DNA of 34,929 bases from a candidate division WOR-3 bacterium (GCA_965648905.1 CBFGIT010000025.1:1-34929); one strand, 5' to 3'; positions 17,183 through 27,980 are shown, numbered from the stretch's first letter. Notes: generated by a model from the sequence alone, not told the origin. Numbers and translations are program-made.

Positions 17183-19037
17183 CCAACCCCAGCGTGGCCG
17201 CGTCCTGACCCCGCTGTTCATCTGGCTGCTTGTGTTCCTGGCCGCGTGGGCGGCTTGGACGTTCTTCTCGTCGCGTCGAGCAGGCCGGGTGAGCATCGAC
17301 TACACTGACTTTCTGCGCGAGCTGGACTCAGGCAATGTCGCCGAAGTGACGATTGTCGAGCGCGACATCTCGGGCAGTCTGAAGCTGCAGTCTGAGGTCA
17401 TCACCGAGCGGGGTACGGTGAAGTATCGTGAGTTCAAGACCTATGCGCCGGATGACCCGAGCCTGGTTGGTCAGCTTAAGGAGAAAGGCGTGCGCTATCG
17501 GGCGCGGCCTTCGTCGCAGTGGCCCGCGATCCTGGTCAGCATCCTGCCTTGGGTGCTGGTCATCGGCATCTGGGTTCTGTTCATGCGCCGGATGTCGTCC
17601 GGGCAGGACCGGGCGTTCATGTTCGGGAAGTCGCGGGCCCGGGCCATGACCTCGGACCGACCCAAGGTGACGTTCAGTGACGTGGCCGGGGTGCAGGAGG
17701 CAAAAGAGGAGCTGCGCGAGATTATCGCGTTCCTGAAAGCGCCGCAGAAGTTTCAGAAGCTGGGCGGCAGGATTCCCAAAGGAGTGATTCTGGTCGGCCC
17801 GACCGGTACAGGCAAGACGCTTCTGGCCAAGGCAGTCGCGGGCGAGGCGGGCGTGCCTTTTCTTTCGATTTCCGGGTCGGACTTCGTGGAGATGTTTGTC
17901 GGGGTCGGGGCGGCACGGGTGCGCGATCTTTTCGAGCAGGGGAAGCGGAATGCCCCCTGCATCATTTTCATCGACGAGATCGACGCGGTCGGACGCCAGC
18001 GCGGGGCCGGGCTTGGGGGCGGACATGATGAGCGCGAGCAGACCCTGAATCAGTTGCTGGTGGAGATGGACGGGTTTGAGACATCGGACGGCGTGATTAT
18101 CATGGCCGCGACGAACCGGCCTGATATCCTGGACCGGGCATTGCTGCGGCCCGGCCGGTTCGACCGCCAGATTGTTGTCGACCGGCCGGACGTGCAGGGC
18201 CGGGAGGAGATTCTCAAGGTTCACGTCCGCAAGATTACGGTCGCGCCGGACGTGGACCTCAAGGTTCTGGCCCGGGGCACGCCCGGATTCTCCGGGGCCG
18301 ACCTGGCCAACATGGTGAATGAAGCGGCGCTGCTGGCAGCGCGCCGGGCCCGTTCCGCGGTGACGATGCAGGACTTTGAGGATTCGAAGGACAAGGTGCT
18401 GATGGGCGTGGAACGCCGAAGTCTTCTAATCAGCGACAAAGAGAAGCGCTGGATCGCCTATCACGAGGCCGGCCATGCGCTGGTCTCGCGGATGATACCG
18501 GGGACCGACCCGGTTCACAAAGTCACGATTATTCCGCGCGGTCAGGCACTCGGCTTGACCCAGCGGCTGCCGCTTGACGACAAGCGCATCTACGCGCGCG
18601 AGTACTGCCTGGACCAGCTTGCCATCATGCTTGCCGGCCGCGAAACCGAGAAGCTGGTGTTCGGCGACGTCTCGACCGGCGCGCACAACGACATCGAGAA
18701 CGCGACGACGCTGGCCCGCAAGATGGTCTGCGAGTGGGGCATGAGCGAGAAGGTCGGGCCCCTGACCTATGGTATGCAGGGTGAGGAGATTTTTCTTGGT
18801 CGGGAACTGGGGATGCAGCGGACGTTCTCGGACGAGACCGCGCGGTTGATTGACGCCGAAGTGCGTCGGTTCGTGGACGAGCAGGCTGAGCGGGCCCGCA
18901 ACATCGTTGTTCAGAACCGGGCACGGCTGGACACGCTGGCCCAGGGTCTGCTCGAGCGTGAGGTCATTTCCGGCGAGGAGGTCGACCGGCTGCTCGGCAT
19001 CACGCCTGGCCAGGCTGAGACTGCAGTCGGTTCCTGA
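17175..19037 (+). CDS. ftsH: ATP-dependent zinc metalloprotease FtsH
   Basis: Two TM helices, [20 protein letters not shown]…[14 protein letters not shown]. Confidence 0.98.
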   Translation: MADQPQRGRVLTPLFIWLLVFLAAWAAWTFFSSRRAGRVSIDYTDFLRELDSGNVAEVTIVERDISGSLKLQSEVITERGTVKYREFKTYAPDDPSLVGQLKEKGVRYRARPSSQWPAILVSILPWVLVIGIWVLFMRRMSSGQDRAFMFGKSRARAMTSDRPKVTFSDVAGVQEAKEELREIIAFLKAPQKFQKLGGRIPKGVILVGPTGTGKTLLAKAVAGEAGVPFLSISGSDFVEMFVGVGAARVRDLFEQGKRNAPCIIFIDEIDAVGRQRGAGLGGGHDEREQTLNQLLVEMDGFETSDGVIIMAATNRPDILDRALLRPGRFDRQIVVDRPDVQGREEILKVHVRKITVAPDVDLKVLARGTPGFSGADLANMVNEAALLAARRARSAVTMQDFEDSKDKVLMGVERRSLLISDKEKRWIAYHEAGHALVSRMIPGTDPVHKVTIIPRGQALGLTQRLPLDDKRIYAREYCLDQLAIMLAGRETEKLVFGDVSTGAHNDIENATTLARKMVCEWGMSEKVGPLTYGMQGEEIFLGRELGMQRTFSDETARLIDAEVRRFVDEQAERARNIVVQNRARLDTLAQGLLEREVISGEEVDRLLGITPGQAETAVGS

Positions 19038-19061
19038 CCCCGCTTTTCCAAGGAGGCAGAG

Positions 19062-19988
19062 ATGAAATTGAGGCTCCACGGCTGCATCACGGCACTCGTA
19101 TCCCCTTTCCGGCACGGTCGGCTCGACATTCCCGGGTTCAAGCGTAACGTCAGCTTCCAAATTCGGAATCGGGTTTCGGGTCTGCTTGTTGCCGGCTCAA
19201 CCGGTGAGTCACCGAACCTGACCGAGTCTGAATGGGAGCGCCTGCTGGTCACGGTGCGGGAGCAGGTCGGCACCAGGGTTGTCGTTATCGCCGGTGCCGG
19301 GACCAACAGCACGAGCAAGTCGGTCAAGCAGGTGCGCAAGGCCGAGCGGTTGAAGGCCGATGCGGTGCTTGTGGTCGCGCCCTACTACAACAAGCCGTCC
19401 CAGGAAGGTCTGTACCGCCATTTCCGCACGGTTGCCGAGGCTACTGGGCTGCCGATGGTCGTCTACAATATCCCGCCGCGCAGTGTGGTGAACGTCCTGC
19501 CCGCGACCATCGAACGACTGGCCCGGGACTGCGAAAACATCGTCGCGGTCAAGGAAGCATCGGGCAGTCTAGACCAGTCCACGGAAATCATCGGTCGGTG
19601 TGGCGACCGGATTACCGTGCTTTCCGGCGACGACTCGCTGACGCTGCCGATTCTTTCGGTCGGCGGCAAGGGCGTGATTTCGGTTGCCTCGAACATCGTG
19701 CCGCTTGATATTGTCAAGATGATTGAGCACTACTCGGGCGGCAAGGTTGAGCTTGCCCAGGGGCTGCACCGCAGGCTCTTCCCGCTAATCAAGGCGCTCT
19801 TCATCGAAGCGAATCCGGCCCCGGTCAAGGTGGCGATGAACATGCTTGGCATGGCTGCGGGCGAACCGCGACTGCCGCTTGTTCCGCCGACTCCTGAGAA
19901 CCAGCAGGCAATCAGGCAGGCGCTTCTGGACTACGGACTGCCGGTTGAGAGGACAACGGTCAAAGGACGAAGGACGAATAACCCGTGA
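19062..19988 (+). CDS. dapA: 4-hydroxy-tetrahydrodipicolinate synthase
   Basis: GSTGES, PYYNKPSQEG, YNIP, KEASG, SGDD, NPAPVK; AAGGAGG RBS. Confidence 0.95.
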   Translation: MKLRLHGCITALVSPFRHGRLDIPGFKRNVSFQIRNRVSGLLVAGSTGESPNLTESEWERLLVTVREQVGTRVVVIAGAGTNSTSKSVKQVRKAERLKADAVLVVAPYYNKPSQEGLYRHFRTVAEATGLPMVVYNIPPRSVVNVLPATIERLARDCENIVAVKEASGSLDQSTEIIGRCGDRITVLSGDDSLTLPILSVGGKGVISVASNIVPLDIVKMIEHYSGGKVELAQGLHRRLFPLIKALFIEANPAPVKVAMNMLGMAAGEPRLPLVPPTPENQQAIRQALLDYGLPVERTTVKGRRTNNP

Positions 19989-20719
19989 CGATGCGGGTCG
20001 TCGTTGTCGGCTGCGGCGGCAGGATGGGCAGCGACGTCTGCCGTCTGATTGAGACGCAGTCTGACCTGGTCCTGGCCGGCGGGGTTGAGGAATCTGGTCA
20101 CAGGCTTGTCGGCTCGGTGCTGGGGTCGGGGATGGTGACCGATGAGCTTACCCGGTCTGCCGGGCAGGCCGACTGTATCGTTGACTTCTCAACTGCCCGG
20201 GTCGCGGCTGCCAACTGCGAAACCGCGGCCCGGGCGAAGAAGCCCTATGTGACCGGCGTGACCGGGCTGTCTGCTGAAACGCTGAGCCTTTTCGCGCGTT
20301 GCGCGGCGCAGATTCCTCTGGTCCATGCACCGAACTTCTCTCTGGGTATCAGCGTTCTCGCCCGGCTGGTGACTGAGGCAGCACGTCTGCTTGGGCCGGA
20401 CTTCGACGTCGGGATAGTCGATACCCACCATCGTGCCAAGAAGGACGCGCCGTCCGGGACTGCGCTCAGGCTGCTTGAGGCGGTTAGGCAGGTCGGGGTG
20501 CTGAGGACAGAAGGCAGAGGGCAGATAGTGTCATTGAGGGTCGGCGACGTGGTGGGCGACCATACGGTTGTGTTCGGCGGCCCGGGCGAGCGACTGGAAC
20601 TGACGCACCGTGCGACCAGCCGGCTGGCCTTCGCCTCGGGTGTGCTGGCCGCGGTCAGGTTTGTGCGCGACCGGGGACCCGGGCTTTACTCCATGGCCGA
20701 CGTCTTGGAACGGGCGTAG
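19985..20719 (+). CDS. dapB: 4-hydroxy-tetrahydrodipicolinate reductase
   Basis: GCGGRMG, VDFS, PNFSLG, HHRAKKDAPSGTA, VGDHTV, FASG. Confidence 0.95.
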   Translation: MTMRVVVVGCGGRMGSDVCRLIETQSDLVLAGGVEESGHRLVGSVLGSGMVTDELTRSAGQADCIVDFSTARVAAANCETAARAKKPYVTGVTGLSAETLSLFARCAAQIPLVHAPNFSLGISVLARLVTEAARLLGPDFDVGIVDTHHRAKKDAPSGTALRLLEAVRQVGVLRTEGRGQIVSLRVGDVVGDHTVVFGGPGERLELTHRATSRLAFASGVLAAVRFVRDRGPGLYSMADVLERA

Positions 20720-20760
20720 CCCGCAGGTTTCCTCGGGGAAGCGCGGCGGTTCGGGCCGGG

Positions 20761-21150
20761 TCAGGTACGGGTGAGTCGGACTTCGTTCCGGCCGGTCTCA
20801 GCCAGGAACTCAACCAGGTCGGCGAATTTTTTTCGCCCGCGATAGGTGAAGAACCGAACAAGCATCGGCAGGTTGACTCCACAGATGACGGCGACATTGT
20901 CGCGCCGACGTTCGAGCCGGGCGCAGGTCGTAGCACAGCTCGTACCGTACATGTCGGCGAACACGATGACGTCGCCGTCCGAACGCTCGTCGAGTAACCG
21001 GGTCAGGGCGGCGTCCAGCTCCTCGGCCGACGAGTTGAGATTGGAGAGGATTGAGACCCCGTCAGCACTGCCGACAATCGAGGTCGCGGCTTCAAGCAGG
21101 GCCCGGGGCATTTCGCCGTGGCCGACGATGATGGCGTAGGTTGGGGGCAG
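20761..21150 (-). CDS. PTS mannose/fructose-type EIIA component (probable CTG start)
   Basis: Frame reads LPPTYAIIVGHGEMPRALL…ADMYGTS…GVNLPML; the conserved HG lies upstream of the first ATG (21111). Confidence 0.8.
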   Translation of the reverse strand: MPPTYAIIVGHGEMPRALLEAATSIVGSADGVSILSNLNSSAEELDAALTRLLDERSDGDVIVFADMYGTSCATTCARLERRRDNVAVICGVNLPMLVRFFTYRGRKKFADLVEFLAETGRNEVRLTRT

Positions 21151-21153
21151 CGG

Positions 21154-22146
21154 CTACTCCTGGTCGTTGGTGATGAACGGGTCGATGATGGGGGACTTGC
21201 TCATCATGCGCGTCAGTTCGTCATCGAACACCTTGGCCGGATGGTAGCCGAAGACCTTGAGGATGTGGTTCTTGGCAATGACTTCGAGCACGAGCGCGAG
21301 ATTCTTGCCCGGGATGACCGGAATCGTCACCAGTGGAATCCGGACACCGAGGATTTCCGAGAGCTGGTCTTCGATACCGGTGCGCTCGTAGTCCATCCCC
21401 TGGGTCCAACTGACCAGCTTGACCTCGACCTCGACCCGTTTCTGGATGCGGATGGCGCGCACGCCGTACAGGCTGTAGACATCGACGATGCCGACGCCGC
21501 GAATCTCGATGTGATGGGCGAGGAGCGCGCTCTTGGCCGCTGAGTACCCCATGATGATGCCGGTGCCGCGGCGCAGGACTTTGACCAGGTCGTCGGCCAC
21601 CAGGCGGTGGCCCCGGTCAACAAGGTCAAGGGCACACTCGCTCTTGCCGATCCCGGACTTGCCGGTGATGAGCAGCCCGACGCCGAAGACGTCCACCAGC
21701 TCGCCGTTGATGTAGTCCTCGGGCGCAAGCCGATAGTCAAGAAAAGCCGACAGGGCATGGATGAACGGGGTCGTATCCATCGGCGTGAGCAGGATGGGCA
21801 CGCCGGCTTTGTCGGCCTCGGTGCGCCAGACCGACGGCAGTTCCAGGTTCTTGGTGACGATGATGCAGGGCGCGCCCAGCTCCATCAGCCGGCGAACCGC
21901 AGCACGCTGGGCGTCGGCCGTCAGGGTGGCAAGATAGGAGAGCTCGGTCGAGCCGACAATCTGTATCCGCTCGGCGAGGAAGACGCCGGTGTAACCGGCC
22001 AGGGCCATGCCCGGCCGGTTGATGTCGCCGGTGACGACCGCACGGTGCTCCATCTGAGCAATGCCGGCCAGGGGACGGAGTCCCCACTCCTCCTGTTTCT
22101 CACTAAACAGAGCGGCAACGGTCATCTTCTTGTCAAGGATGGCCAT
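21154..22146 (-). CDS. hprK: HPr(Ser) kinase/phosphorylase
   Basis: INRPG, ERIQIVG, GKSGIGKSECAL, LVADD, EIRGVGI, PGKNLA. Confidence 0.96.
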   Translation of the reverse strand: MAILDKKMTVAALFSEKQEEWGLRPLAGIAQMEHRAVVTGDINRPGMALAGYTGVFLAERIQIVGSTELSYLATLTADAQRAAVRRLMELGAPCIIVTKNLELPSVWRTEADKAGVPILLTPMDTTPFIHALSAFLDYRLAPEDYINGELVDVFGVGLLITGKSGIGKSECALDLVDRGHRLVADDLVKVLRRGTGIIMGYSAAKSALLAHHIEIRGVGIVDVYSLYGVRAIRIQKRVEVEVKLVSWTQGMDYERTGIEDQLSEILGVRIPLVTIPVIPGKNLALVLEVIAKNHILKVFGYHPAKVFDDELTRMMSKSPIIDPFITNDQE

Positions 22147-22203
22147 GACTAGTGCCGAGTAGTGAGGAAGGGGAAAGGAGGACGGGGCAGGGTCAGTTCC
22201 ATG

Positions 22204-22509
22204 TCAAACCGTCGGCTGACGCTTGCGGGTGCGGAGCTTGCCGTCGTGGCGTCGGAGCTGGACCAGGAGTTTGTCCACGAGGTCGTTGACCGCCATGTAC
22301 ATGTCGTCACCCTTACCGGTGGCGGTCAGGACGGCGTGTTTGAGGTGAACCTTGCCTTCGGCCATGTCTTTGGTGCTGTCCTTGGCAAGGACGATTTCGG
22401 CCTGGGTGATGTGGTCGTTGTAGCGTTCGAGCTTCTTGACCTTTAAGGCAACGTGGTTCTTAAGATAGGGGGTGATTTCGATGTGTCGTCCTGTCAGTGT
22501 CAGATTCAT
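22204..22509 (-). CDS. hpf: Ribosome hibernation factor (short HPF/RaiA family)
   Basis: LTGRHIEITPYLK…KVKKLERY…DMYMAVN…KLLVQLRRH; GGAGG RBS. Confidence 0.9.
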   Translation of the reverse strand: MNLTLTGRHIEITPYLKNHVALKVKKLERYNDHITQAEIVLAKDSTKDMAEGKVHLKHAVLTATGKGDDMYMAVNDLVDKLLVQLRRHDGKLRTRKRQPTV

Positions 22510-22536
22510 CGGTACCTCCGGTTGGATGCTCGGATA

Positions 22537-22564
22537 ATGATAGCCGGTCGCTGATGTGGGTCAA
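22537..22564 (-). promoter_or_regulatory. sigma70-like promoter of hpf-hprK-EIIA
   Basis: TTGACC-N16-TATCAT. Confidence 0.65.
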
Positions 22565-22619
22565 GGTTGGGTTTCGCGCTGGCTAAGACCGCTCCGGCCA
22601 CGCAACGACAGAGCTGAGG

Positions 22620-23207
22620 TCAGAGCTCGCGGCGGCCTTCAAATGCCCGGGACAGAGTCTCGCCGTCGGCCAGGTCCAGGTCCGAACCGACCGGTAGTCC
22701 CCGGGCGATGCGCGTGACTTTGATTGGCAGCGAATGAAGCTGCCGAGCAAGATAGACTGCAGTCGCCTCGCCTTCGGTGGTCGGGTTGGTGGCGATAATC
22801 ACCTCGCGCACCGTGCCGGAGCCGGCCCGGAGGAGCAGCTCGGCGATGTGAAGATGCTCCGGGCCGATGCCGTCAATCGGGGAGAGCGTACCGCCGAGGA
22901 CATGGTAGGTGCCGCGATGCTGGCCTGACTGCTCGAGGGTCAGGACGTCGGCCGGGTCTTCGACGACGCAGACCAGGCCCTGGTCCCGATTCGGGTCGGC
23001 GCAGATGGCGCAGCGTTCGGCCTCGTCAAGGCTGAAGCAGACCAAGCAGGGACGGAGCCGGGTTCGGGCTTCAGTGACCGCCTCGGAAAGCTCCTGACCG
23101 ACCGAGTCCTGTTTGAGCAGGTAGAAAGCGATGCGCTGCGCGGTCTTCGGACCGATGCCGGGCAGTTTGACCAGCGCCTGGACCAGTCGGTCGAGCGACT
23201 TCTTCAC
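22620..23207 (-). CDS. recR: Recombination mediator RecR
   Basis: LPGIGPKTAQR, C4 zinc finger, YHVLGGTLSPIDGIGP, EGEATA, RIARGLPVG; GTG start. Confidence 0.96.
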   Translation of the reverse strand: MKKSLDRLVQALVKLPGIGPKTAQRIAFYLLKQDSVGQELSEAVTEARTRLRPCLVCFSLDEAERCAICADPNRDQGLVCVVEDPADVLTLEQSGQHRGTYHVLGGTLSPIDGIGPEHLHIAELLLRAGSGTVREVIIATNPTTEGEATAVYLARQLHSLPIKVTRIARGLPVGSDLDLADGETLSRAFEGRREL

Positions 23208-23211
23208 CGGT

Positions 23212-23517
23212 TTAGTCGCGGTCGAGGAGTCCGGGCAGCGGCAGCCCGGCCAGCGAGCGGAGCTCTTTGCGTGCCTGTTCCCGGGCGTGATTCGCGGCCT
23301 GGTTGACCGCAGCCCGGATGAGGTCCTCAAGCAGGCCCGGGTCATTCTCGGCAAAGACCGCCGGGTCGATATGGACATCGAGTACCTCACCGTACCCGTC
23401 GCAGACGACCGTTACCATGTCACCACCGGCTGAGGCTGAAGCCCGCACGCTGCGCAGACGTCGTTCCATTTCCTGCTGCATGGTTCCGAGACGGGAGAGT
23501 ACTTCGGTCAGCTTCAA
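23212..23517 (-). CDS. ybaB: YbaB/EbfC nucleoid-associated protein
   Basis: AGGDMVTV…LLEDLIRAAVNQA; dnaX-ybaB-recR order. Confidence 0.92.
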   Translation of the reverse strand: MKLTEVLSRLGTMQQEMERRLRSVRASASAGGDMVTVVCDGYGEVLDVHIDPAVFAENDPGLLEDLIRAAVNQAANHAREQARKELRSLAGLPLPGLLDRD

Positions 23518-24977
23518 CGCGGTCGTTCCTCCTCAACCCGGCCGAAGTGCTTGGTCAGCTTCTGAAGCACCGGGTCAGGGCCGGGTTGCTGCCCGTGTTT
23601 GACCTTGAGTTGTGCCGGTCGGCCCAACACCTCGCTGAGGATACGGTCAAGCAGGGCCTGGTCAGCCTGAAGCTTCGGCTCAACTGCCTTGTGCGTGGGC
23701 GGCAGGGTGATGGTCAAGCCTTTCTGGTCAAGTGCGAGCGGCGCGGCAAGCTCAAGAACCGAAGCCAGCAGCGGCTTGCGCTCATTGACCCGCAGGCGCA
23801 ATTCGGCCCAGGCGGTATCGAGTGCCGGGGGCCGGTCTTGAACCGCGGCGGTGGGCGGCGCCGGGTCAGGCACGACCTCGGCCCGCGGCGCGTTCTGACC
23901 TGCGGCCAGCTCGAGCGCGAGGACTTCAAGCAGGATGCGCGGCATCCGGGTGTGCTTGGCCGAGGTTTCGGCCCGGGTCAACGCATCGAGGATGACAAGC
24001 AGCCGCTCGCGGCCGAAGGACCGGGCCTGGACAGTGAGCCGTTCGGTCTCTTCGGGCAGAAGCCCGAGCGACTCAGCCGGGCCGATGACGTCAAGCAGGA
24101 GCAGAGTCCGGAAGTGACCGACCAGTCCGGAGTAGAACTCGAGGTAGTCGTATCCGGTCTCAAACAGCCTGTCGATGAACCGGACCAGACCGGCAGCATC
24201 ACCGGCAAGCACCAGTTGGGCAAAGTCGGAAAACCGTTCTGCGGGCACGATTCCCAGGAGGTCCTCGACATCGGCCAGCTCGATGCCCTCGGGCTTGTAG
24301 GCGGCGAGCTGGTCGAGGATTGACTCGGCGTCACGAATCGCACCGTCGGCCCGACGGGCGACCGCGACCAGAGCGGCGTCCGACGCCTTGATTTTCTCCT
24401 GGCCGGCAAGCCAGGCGAGCCGGTCCCGGATTTCGTTGACCGTGGCCTTGCGGAAGTCGAACCGCTGGCACCGGGAGATAATCGTCACCGGCACCTCGTG
24501 GGCATGGGTGGTGGCGAAAATGAACTTGGCGTGGGCCGGGGGCTCTTCCAGGGTCTTGAGCAGAGCGTTGAATGCCTGGGGCGTGAGCATGTGGACTTCA
24601 TCGATGATGTAGACCTTGTACCGGCAGGCAGAGGGCGCGTAACGGATATTCTCGCGCAGTTCGCGCACCTGTTCGATGCCCCGGTTCGACGCGCCGTCGA
24701 TTTCGAGCACGTCGAGCGAACGCGAACCAGTGATGTCGAGGCAAATCGAGCACCGATTGCAGGGCGTGATGGTCGGCCCCTTCTCGCAGTTCAGGCTCTT
24801 GGCCAGAATCCGGGCGGTCGTGGTCTTGCCGACCCCGCGCGGGCCGGTGAAGAGGTAAGCATTGGCCAGCCGGTTGCGGGCCACGGCCCGCTTGAGTGTG
24901 TCGCGGACGTGGTCCTGAACCCAGAGTTCGTCGAACGTCTGAGGCCGGTACTTGAGGGTCAGGATTTTGCCGCTCAT
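23514..24977 (-). CDS. dnaX: DNA polymerase III subunit gamma/tau
   Basis: KYRPQTF, GPRGVGKTT, EIDGASN, IIDEVHML, AFNALLKTLEEPP, SRCQ; start moved to MSGKIL because the longer ORF overlaps the SRP RNA. Confidence 0.97.
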   Translation of the reverse strand: MSGKILTLKYRPQTFDELWVQDHVRDTLKRAVARNRLANAYLFTGPRGVGKTTTARILAKSLNCEKGPTITPCNRCSICLDITGSRSLDVLEIDGASNRGIEQVRELRENIRYAPSACRYKVYIIDEVHMLTPQAFNALLKTLEEPPAHAKFIFATTHAHEVPVTIISRCQRFDFRKATVNEIRDRLAWLAGQEKIKASDAALVAVARRADGAIRDAESILDQLAAYKPEGIELADVEDLLGIVPAERFSDFAQLVLAGDAAGLVRFIDRLFETGYDYLEFYSGLVGHFRTLLLLDVIGPAESLGLLPEETERLTVQARSFGRERLLVILDALTRAETSAKHTRMPRILLEVLALELAAGQNAPRAEVVPDPAPPTAAVQDRPPALDTAWAELRLRVNERKPLLASVLELAAPLALDQKGLTITLPPTHKAVEPKLQADQALLDRILSEVLGRPAQLKVKHGQQPGPDPVLQKLTKHFGRVEEERPR

Positions 24978-25028
24978 GGTCACTGCTCGCTGTTCGCCTT
25001 TCGCCCTGGACGGCTCGTCCCCGGAAAA

Positions 25029-25309
<281 letters not shown>

Positions 25310-25358
25310 AGAGAGGCCAGAGCGCGTCCGATGCGCAGGTCAAAGGTCAAAGGGCAAA

Positions 25359-26324
25359 TCAGAGTTTGAGCGTTGCCGGGTCGACGAACATCAACTTGGT
25401 TTCCAGTTCGGCCGAGAGCACGCCCGCGGTCTTGAGCCGCACCGCCAGTCCGGCAACTGCCGACCGGTTGATTTCGGTCAGGCGTTGAATGTCGGGCAGG
25501 CGGCAGAACCCGCAGGCGTCGCGACAGTACGGGAAGTACTTGGCGACAATCGTCTTAGCCCGGTCGCCCTTGGCGGCCGAGATCGCCACGGCCGCGTCGG
25601 TCGAGACCTTGAGCCGGCCGGCCGCAACCCGGCTGAGACTCGTCAGCCCCCGGGAGTAACCCAAGGCCGCGCCCGGGAATGGCTGAGACACATAGCGGGG
25701 CAGGGCCGCGGCCTGGATGATGCGAAACTCGGTGCTCTCAATCGGGCAGACCATCGGCTCGATTATCCAGGCGGCATCACCCGCGCCGGCGCGGAGCTGT
25801 TCGACCAGACCGGAGAATGGAACCTCGACCAGCTTGACCTGGGCCCCGCTCAGCCCGGAGTTGAGCAGGAACAGCGGCATGTAGTCGCGCAACTGAGGCG
25901 GGTATAGCAGTCGTTTGCCTTTCAGGTCGGCCAGGGTCTTGACCTTGGACTTGGTCGGTACGACAATCGCGTCAACCGGCAGGGACTGACGGTAGTCGAG
26001 TGAGAGGAGAACCTTCAGAGTTTCGCCGTGCTCGACCGCGCGGCGCATGATCGTGCTCCAGGGGAACACACCGGCCTCAACCCGGCCGGCAAACAGGTCG
26101 GCAAGAGCGCTGTCCGGGTCGGAGTAGAAGACCAGCTCCGGGATAATCTTGTTCTTGACAAACAGCGTCTCCTCGACCGCAACGATGAGCGGGGTCGCGG
26201 CAATCGAGCTGTCGCAGGCGAACCGGACCGTTACCGGCCGACTCTGCTGAATCTGCGGATAGAGGATGACAAAGACCAGTGCCGCAGCCAGCAGGACGAT
26301 GAGCAGATTGAGCAGTCTTATCAT
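25359..26324 (-). CDS. NitT/TauT/SsuA-like ABC substrate-binding protein
   Basis: N-terminal TM anchor; PLIVAVEE, VKTLADLKGK, LRAGAGDAAWIIEP motifs; no permease nearby. Confidence 0.75.
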   Translation of the reverse strand: MIRLLNLLIVLLAAALVFVILYPQIQQSRPVTVRFACDSSIAATPLIVAVEETLFVKNKIIPELVFYSDPDSALADLFAGRVEAGVFPWSTIMRRAVEHGETLKVLLSLDYRQSLPVDAIVVPTKSKVKTLADLKGKRLLYPPQLRDYMPLFLLNSGLSGAQVKLVEVPFSGLVEQLRAGAGDAAWIIEPMVCPIESTEFRIIQAAALPRYVSQPFPGAALGYSRGLTSLSRVAAGRLKVSTDAAVAISAAKGDRAKTIVAKYFPYCRDACGFCRLPDIQRLTEINRSAVAGLAVRLKTAGVLSAELETKLMFVDPATLKL

Positions 26325-26342
26325 TGGCGTGTCCCTTTCCGG

Positions 26343-27980
26343 TTAGCGGCCCTTGCGGATTCGGTCCGCGGCCTCAAAGGCAGCCAGGGCCTTGTCTTTC
26401 TGGTCGGTCTCGCGAAAGCAGATACCCAGGTTCTGATAGGCGTCGGCGCTCTTCGGGTCGAGCTTGAGTGCGACCTCGAGATTGGCGATGGCCTGGTTGA
26501 ACTTGGCCCGGCGAGCCTCCTTGTCTTTGACCGGGTCCATGGCCGAGGCCAGCCCGGTCTGGCTCGAACCGAGCCAGAGATAGACCTGTTCGAGAAGCTG
26601 GGGCGGCAGGACACTCAGGAACATCCCGGTCAGGTCGGCCCGGGTCGCGGCAACAAAACCCTGCTTCTGCTTCAGGTCCGGGCAATAGAGCCAGTTGTAT
26701 CCGACTGCCGGGCGTCCCTGGGCAGAGAGAACCGAGTCGGCCCGGGCCGCAACCGGCCCGACGAGCTGGACGTAGCCGGCTTGGGCCGCAGTTGGAGTGA
26801 TGAGCGTAAGCAGTTCGTCAGCAAGCGCTTCAGGCAGCAGTTTGAGGGGGACGATAGCACCGTCGGTCACGTGCTGGAGCGATTGCTCGGCCTGCGCGTC
26901 CTTGCCGGCCTGGTACTGGGCGATTCCCAGGTCGAAGAGCGCGGTGAAGTCGGTCGAGTCGTACTCGACCGCCCGGCTGAAAAGTGTCTCAGCCTGACTC
27001 CGGAAGCGCTCGGACTCGGAGCCTTTGGTCTCCGCCGCAGCCCGGAGCATGGCAGTTCCGGCCCGCGCGCTGGCGGCATTGAGATTGTTCGCCGAGAAGA
27101 AAAGCTGGCTCGCGAGGGCAGCGATGTCGACAAGCTGCCGGCCCGCGGCCAGGTCCTTCTCGATATAGTTCTTCAGGTCGGTCTGGTCCTGGTTGCGGCT
27201 CAGAGCCACGAGCCGCCAAGTGACCTCGTTGAGTCGAACCGGGTCAGCGAGCTTGAGTTTCTGAGCGAGCATGGCTTTGGCATTGCTGAACCGCTTCTCG
27301 TAGTGAGCGATCGCCTGGTTATAGTAGTATGCTGCTGAATCCCAGCGGGCGGCTTTGGCCTCACTCGTGAACCAGAGGCTCTCCGGCTTCTGCAGAAAGT
27401 ACAGCCCAAGCAGGCCATAGGCCTCGGCTGCCCCGGCGTCGAGTTTCAGGAGCTGGTCGGCAACCGCGCGCATTTCCTCGTGCCGGCCGAGTGCGCTGTA
27501 GGCGTTGGCCAGCAGGGTGTAGTTCTGAGACTTGGTCGGGTCAACCTGGAGCGCGGTCCGGGCATAGCGCAGCGCGGCTTCGGCCTGGTCGGCATTGAGT
27601 TCATCGCGCGTACGGTTGATGAGCGCAGTCCAGGCATAGTACTGCCACTGCTCGTCCTTGCGAATCTTGGCGGCGTAGGCCGAGTCGGCCTCAAGCGCAA
27701 CAGCGAAGTGCTCGGCCGCAGCCGAGAAGTTGCGCAGTTGCGCGTCACACAGGCCGAGCCAGGTGTGAATCTGCGCCAGGGTTGAGTTGTCTGCTCCGGA
27801 CCCATATTGGTCCAGAGCTTTCTGGAACTGCTCCTTGGCCCGCTCGAAACGCTGGCCGTCGTAGTGAATCCGGCCGCCGCGCAGCAAGGCGTCGAGCGGT
27901 ACGTTCTGGGCCAAGGCAGGCAGGCTGAATATCATAACGGACAAGGACAGCAGTAGTCTCAGCTTCGGGAAACGTCGCAT
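26343..27980 (-). CDS. Exported tetratricopeptide-repeat protein
   Basis: Signal peptide (…PALAQ); several TPRs (ALKLDPKSADAYQNLGICF); AAGGAGG RBS before MRRFPK. Confidence 0.85.
   Translation of the reverse strand: MRRFPKLRLLLSLSVMIFSLPALAQNVPLDALLRGGRIHYDGQRFERAKEQFQKALDQYGSGADNSTLAQIHTWLGLCDAQLRNFSAAAEHFAVALEADSAYAAKIRKDEQWQYYAWTALINRTRDELNADQAEAALRYARTALQVDPTKSQNYTLLANAYSALGRHEEMRAVADQLLKLDAGAAEAYGLLGLYFLQKPESLWFTSEAKAARWDSAAYYYNQAIAHYEKRFSNAKAMLAQKLKLADPVRLNEVTWRLVALSRNQDQTDLKNYIEKDLAAGRQLVDIAALASQLFFSANNLNAASARAGTAMLRAAAETKGSESERFRSQAETLFSRAVEYDSTDFTALFDLGIAQYQAGKDAQAEQSLQHVTDGAIVPLKLLPEALADELLTLITPTAAQAGYVQLVGPVAARADSVLSAQGRPAVGYNWLYCPDLKQKQGFVAATRADLTGMFLSVLPPQLLEQVYLWLGSSQTGLASAMDPVKDKEARRAKFNQAIANLEVALKLDPKSADAYQNLGICFRETDQKDKALAAFEAADRIRKGR

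Noticed and set aside
23514..24977. Programmed -1 frameshift or slippage in dnaX
   Set aside because: No A AAA AAG heptamer or long A run seen
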